Shown here: piece after piece, positions 60,799 through 64,000 of the stretch | Position numbering within the stretch: the stretch's first letter is position 1 | How the letters are laid out: every line of letters starts with the position of its first letter | From: Bilabrum cf. latius | Taxonomy: Eukaryota | Reading direction: 5' to 3' | Assembly (NCBI GenBank): GCA_965178125.1 | Contig: OZ237748.1 | Coordinates: forward strand, 744,001-808,000 | Length of the DNA: 64,000 bases | Notes under the pieces: generated by a model | Database searches by the model: none | Told to the model about the DNA's origin: nothing | What the model saw: the letters and a program-made list of their open reading frames with translations, nothing else | Program-made: the position numbers and the translations under genes

Positions 60799-63592
60799 GC
60801 AACAAGCCCTAAAAGCTGCACAAGACCGCATAAAGTGGCCGGGTGGACCTACCCTGGAAGAATCACGCGAGCTTCTATCTCTGTACCTCGCGGGAGGTGG
60901 AGACCCAGCCCGCCGCCACCCAGAATTGATTTATGTTAGCATTTGCGGCGTTTATAGCACCCGAGCAAATGGTCACCGTCCAGTAATGCATGATGTACCT
61001 TGTGGATTTGTGCTGCGTTGCAAGCTTTACCTACATTTCCACGGGCAGTACGGACGCGCGTGTATTCACTTTGCCGTGCTCGAGGGACAGTCATGCTTTG
61101 TGGAAGCATTATTAGAGCTAGAATGCGGGAGCGTACAAGCTGCCATACAGGACAGTAACGGTGTAAGTTTAGCGTATGACGGAGGTTGATTTGGTTTGCT
61201 CCGCTCAAATGTGCATGAAGACTCCAGCGCATTGCTCCCGCCATACTACACACAATTCTTGATATCCCTTGTAGTCAACTGCACTGCACCTGGCGGTGAG
61301 GCAATACCCAAAAGGTGGTGACCTTAGAAATACAGAATTGCTGCTGAGCGCCGGGGCAGATCCATCGGTTCTGGATCACGTGAGGCCAGTGTCATAAGGC
61401 GCCTTCGCACGGGACGCATAATTGTCTCGAAAACGCATGCAACCGTGTCAGCAGCAGCCCGCTATTCAATGTGCAGGGTGGCAGAAGCCCGATTTGGTTC
61501 GCGATTGCCAGCAAACGGACATACATTACTCGGCTGCTCTTAGAAGCATGCCCCGACCCGAACCCAATAGTGTCTGTGAGTAGCTCCCGGACACCTCTAC
61601 ATTCAGTTTGCTTAGACCAGTCGATTGAATTCAGTCTTTCCGGCTAGGATGCAGCATCTTGGTAGAACCATGCAATTGCTAATTTGCCGGACGGGGCTCC
61701 CCATTCGCAGCCGAGCAGTACGGCTCTGCAGCTTGCTGTGATGCATGACGCAGTTAGCGATACTGAGTACATCCTCGCCAACGGTGCTGACCCTGACGGC
61801 AAGTCAGCAGTAAGAGAATAGCCGTACACATATCAAATTATAGCACGATCGATGTTTTGGGAGCAAATGTGTGTCCGGCTCCTGCATCCGGCCCGTGCAC
61901 GCAGGACGGGCAGCCACTCCTGCACACTGCTGTACGCGCCTCCAGCCGGCCGTGCTAGCTGGCTCTTCTCCAAGCAGGCGCAGATCCTGGCCAACTGACT
62001 AAGGCGAGCACTTGTATATGATTGTTCTATTGGAGTTTCGAAACTTCTTCAGCCCTACTGCTGCTCGTATTCATGAAATGATGTGTCGAATTGCACTGTC
62101 GATGCGTATTGCTAGATTCTGCACACTGTGTTGCATGTCACGTATCTTGTTGGTACAAGTACACTGTATCGCAGTCCGGGTGGACGTGCTACGACTCTGC
62201 TCTTGTCATGAGCAAACCAACAATGGCATAGCTCATGTCAGGCTCTGGTGTATATGGTCTGCAGAAAGGCCCTTACGAAGTGAGGTCGTGTGCGTATATT
62301 TCGTTGTCACACAGTCGGCCTGTGCACCATACTTGAAGGATCACTAGCCAGAATAAGACGTCATTGCCTCGCCTCTTTGGATGCAGCTGCCGTCCTCCAT
62401 AGCAAGAATCAAAGCAGCAGCAATCGACTGTCCAGGATAGTGTTTTGACTCATTTGTTGCGTCTGCCAACGGTACGAAGCAAGACGGGGTAAGAACTGAC
62501 AACCATATTGCATCCATTCGTTCTTCTGTATGCCATGCAGACTAGTCTTGCAACGTTACATCAAGTATAACCATTGTCACTTTTCCTCACAGGAATTGCT
62601 TTCGCCAGTCTAGCGTGCTACCATGAGCAAGCACAGCCGCTGCGTCAAGGCGCTTCTGGAGTATGGCGTCCCAGGCGACGAGACGACCGATGTAAGGCAT
62701 GGCTCAACTACTAATCGTTGCCTGTCTGAACCACCGGGGTTGGTGGACATCAAGCACTGTACGTCCTTCAATTTTGGATAGTGGCCCTAACACCAGCTTC
62801 ATAAGTGTCGGGATTTCACCCGTGGCGCTTTCCCCCCGCAGTACGGTCAGAGTTTAGTGCATCTTGCGACTGGGAGTGTCGGTACGATCCAGGAGCTCAT
62901 CAAGGCTGGATGTTCAGTGCATGGGAATGACAGGGTATGGCATGGTCAATGTGCAAGACGAGTTATGCTAGATGTGCGCACACTAGATTTCTCGTATATG
63001 TTAGCTGCTTTTCCATTGTGGTGCAGGGCGGGAGCACACCTCTCCATGATGCAGCCGGCAAGGGCTGCATGGCATCATGTGCTCTACTAGTAGAGGCAGG
63101 ATGCGATCGATGCGCGACAGACAACGTGAGCACAATATGTGCAAGAGTTCCAGTGATTTCGGGACAGCAAGTCGTATGCATTGCATTGCTCGATACCGTG
63201 TGCCCATAGCAATGTGAACGGTTGTAGCCATTGCGAACATTCTGCATTTGCAGGACGGTCTACGGCCTGACCAGATAGCATCGAGGCGGGGATACCACTT
63301 TGTGGCACGTCGTATTTGGACCGTCCCCTCGCCGAGGTAGGTGGCCGTCATGCGGTGGAAAGTGGCGCAGCAGGCCAAGGTCGATTCCAAGCTCTTGTTC
63401 ATTTCGGCAGCATATGGAAGACCCATGGAGCTGCGCAAGAGGATGCACCACGGCAAGCTGGCCGGTGGGCTGACTGCTCGTCGGCCACTCTAGACAGGGG
63501 AAGGTGTGAGGATGGTAACTCCGTTGGAGGCAGCCAGACTTGGAGGGCATGACGAGTGTGTGAAACTGCTAGAGGATGCAATGGGGCGGTGA
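60799..63592 (+). CDS. Multi-exon ankyrin-repeat protein with conserved C-terminal module (5' end uncertain)
   Basis: Ankyrin exons such as 63027-63125 (GSTPLHDAAGKG). The last exon holds the module with two in-frame TAG and ends TGA 63590-63592. Confidence 0.75.
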
Positions 63593-64000
63593 TCGGCTAA
63601 AGCCTAGGATAGGCGGGGCTGCTGGAGAATGTCAAGGTTATATATCCTGGAATATTGACTATTGTGGCAACTTGTAATAGATTTACGTTAAATCGGATCC
63701 TATAGGCTGTATAGCCACTATGGATATCCTTAGTACGCGACTGCGCCACTTGAGTGAAATGCCCAATACTTACGGGTTACAGACAGGCGTAGATTCTACG
63801 GGGGGGGGGGTAGCTACCCTGTGCGTCGGCGACCAAAGCAGCGATCCGACTATAAATATCACCTATTGGCATGAAAAGCCATCGCCAGTATTTCCACACA
63901 CCTCCCGTGACCGTTGATGAATGCAGCCTCCATCGGGTAAATTGGCGTCTTGCTCCCAGGAAGCGTGTCCAGCCTTCGCAGGCCGCCTGCCAACCGGCCT

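Overview
Eukaryotic (protist-like) genomic DNA with three layers. (1) 1-~8981: the right-hand part of an AT-rich endogenous mavirus-like virophage. It holds a penton 3' end, a major capsid protein, a Prim-Pol/UL9-like helicase, five small ORFs, eight copies of a ~58-bp hairpin repeat, a tRNA-like element and a terminal palindrome. (2) GC-richer, intron-containing host DNA: two PINK1-like kinase genes and an array of ankyrin-repeat genes; a conserved ~75-aa module occurs 12 times and mostly ends these genes. (3) 25644-42071: a Ngaro-type tyrosine-recombinase retrotransposon. Its RNase H is split by a nested 9.5-kb non-coding element with its own split direct repeats, carrying 329-bp and 128-bp satellite arrays. 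The unifying observation is that TAG is a sense codon, most likely Gln, while TAA and TGA remain stops, in the virophage, the retrotransposon and the host genes alike. The supplied ORF track therefore fragments most real genes. All family calls come from motif recognition by eye, not database searches. The host taxon cannot be determined from this window.
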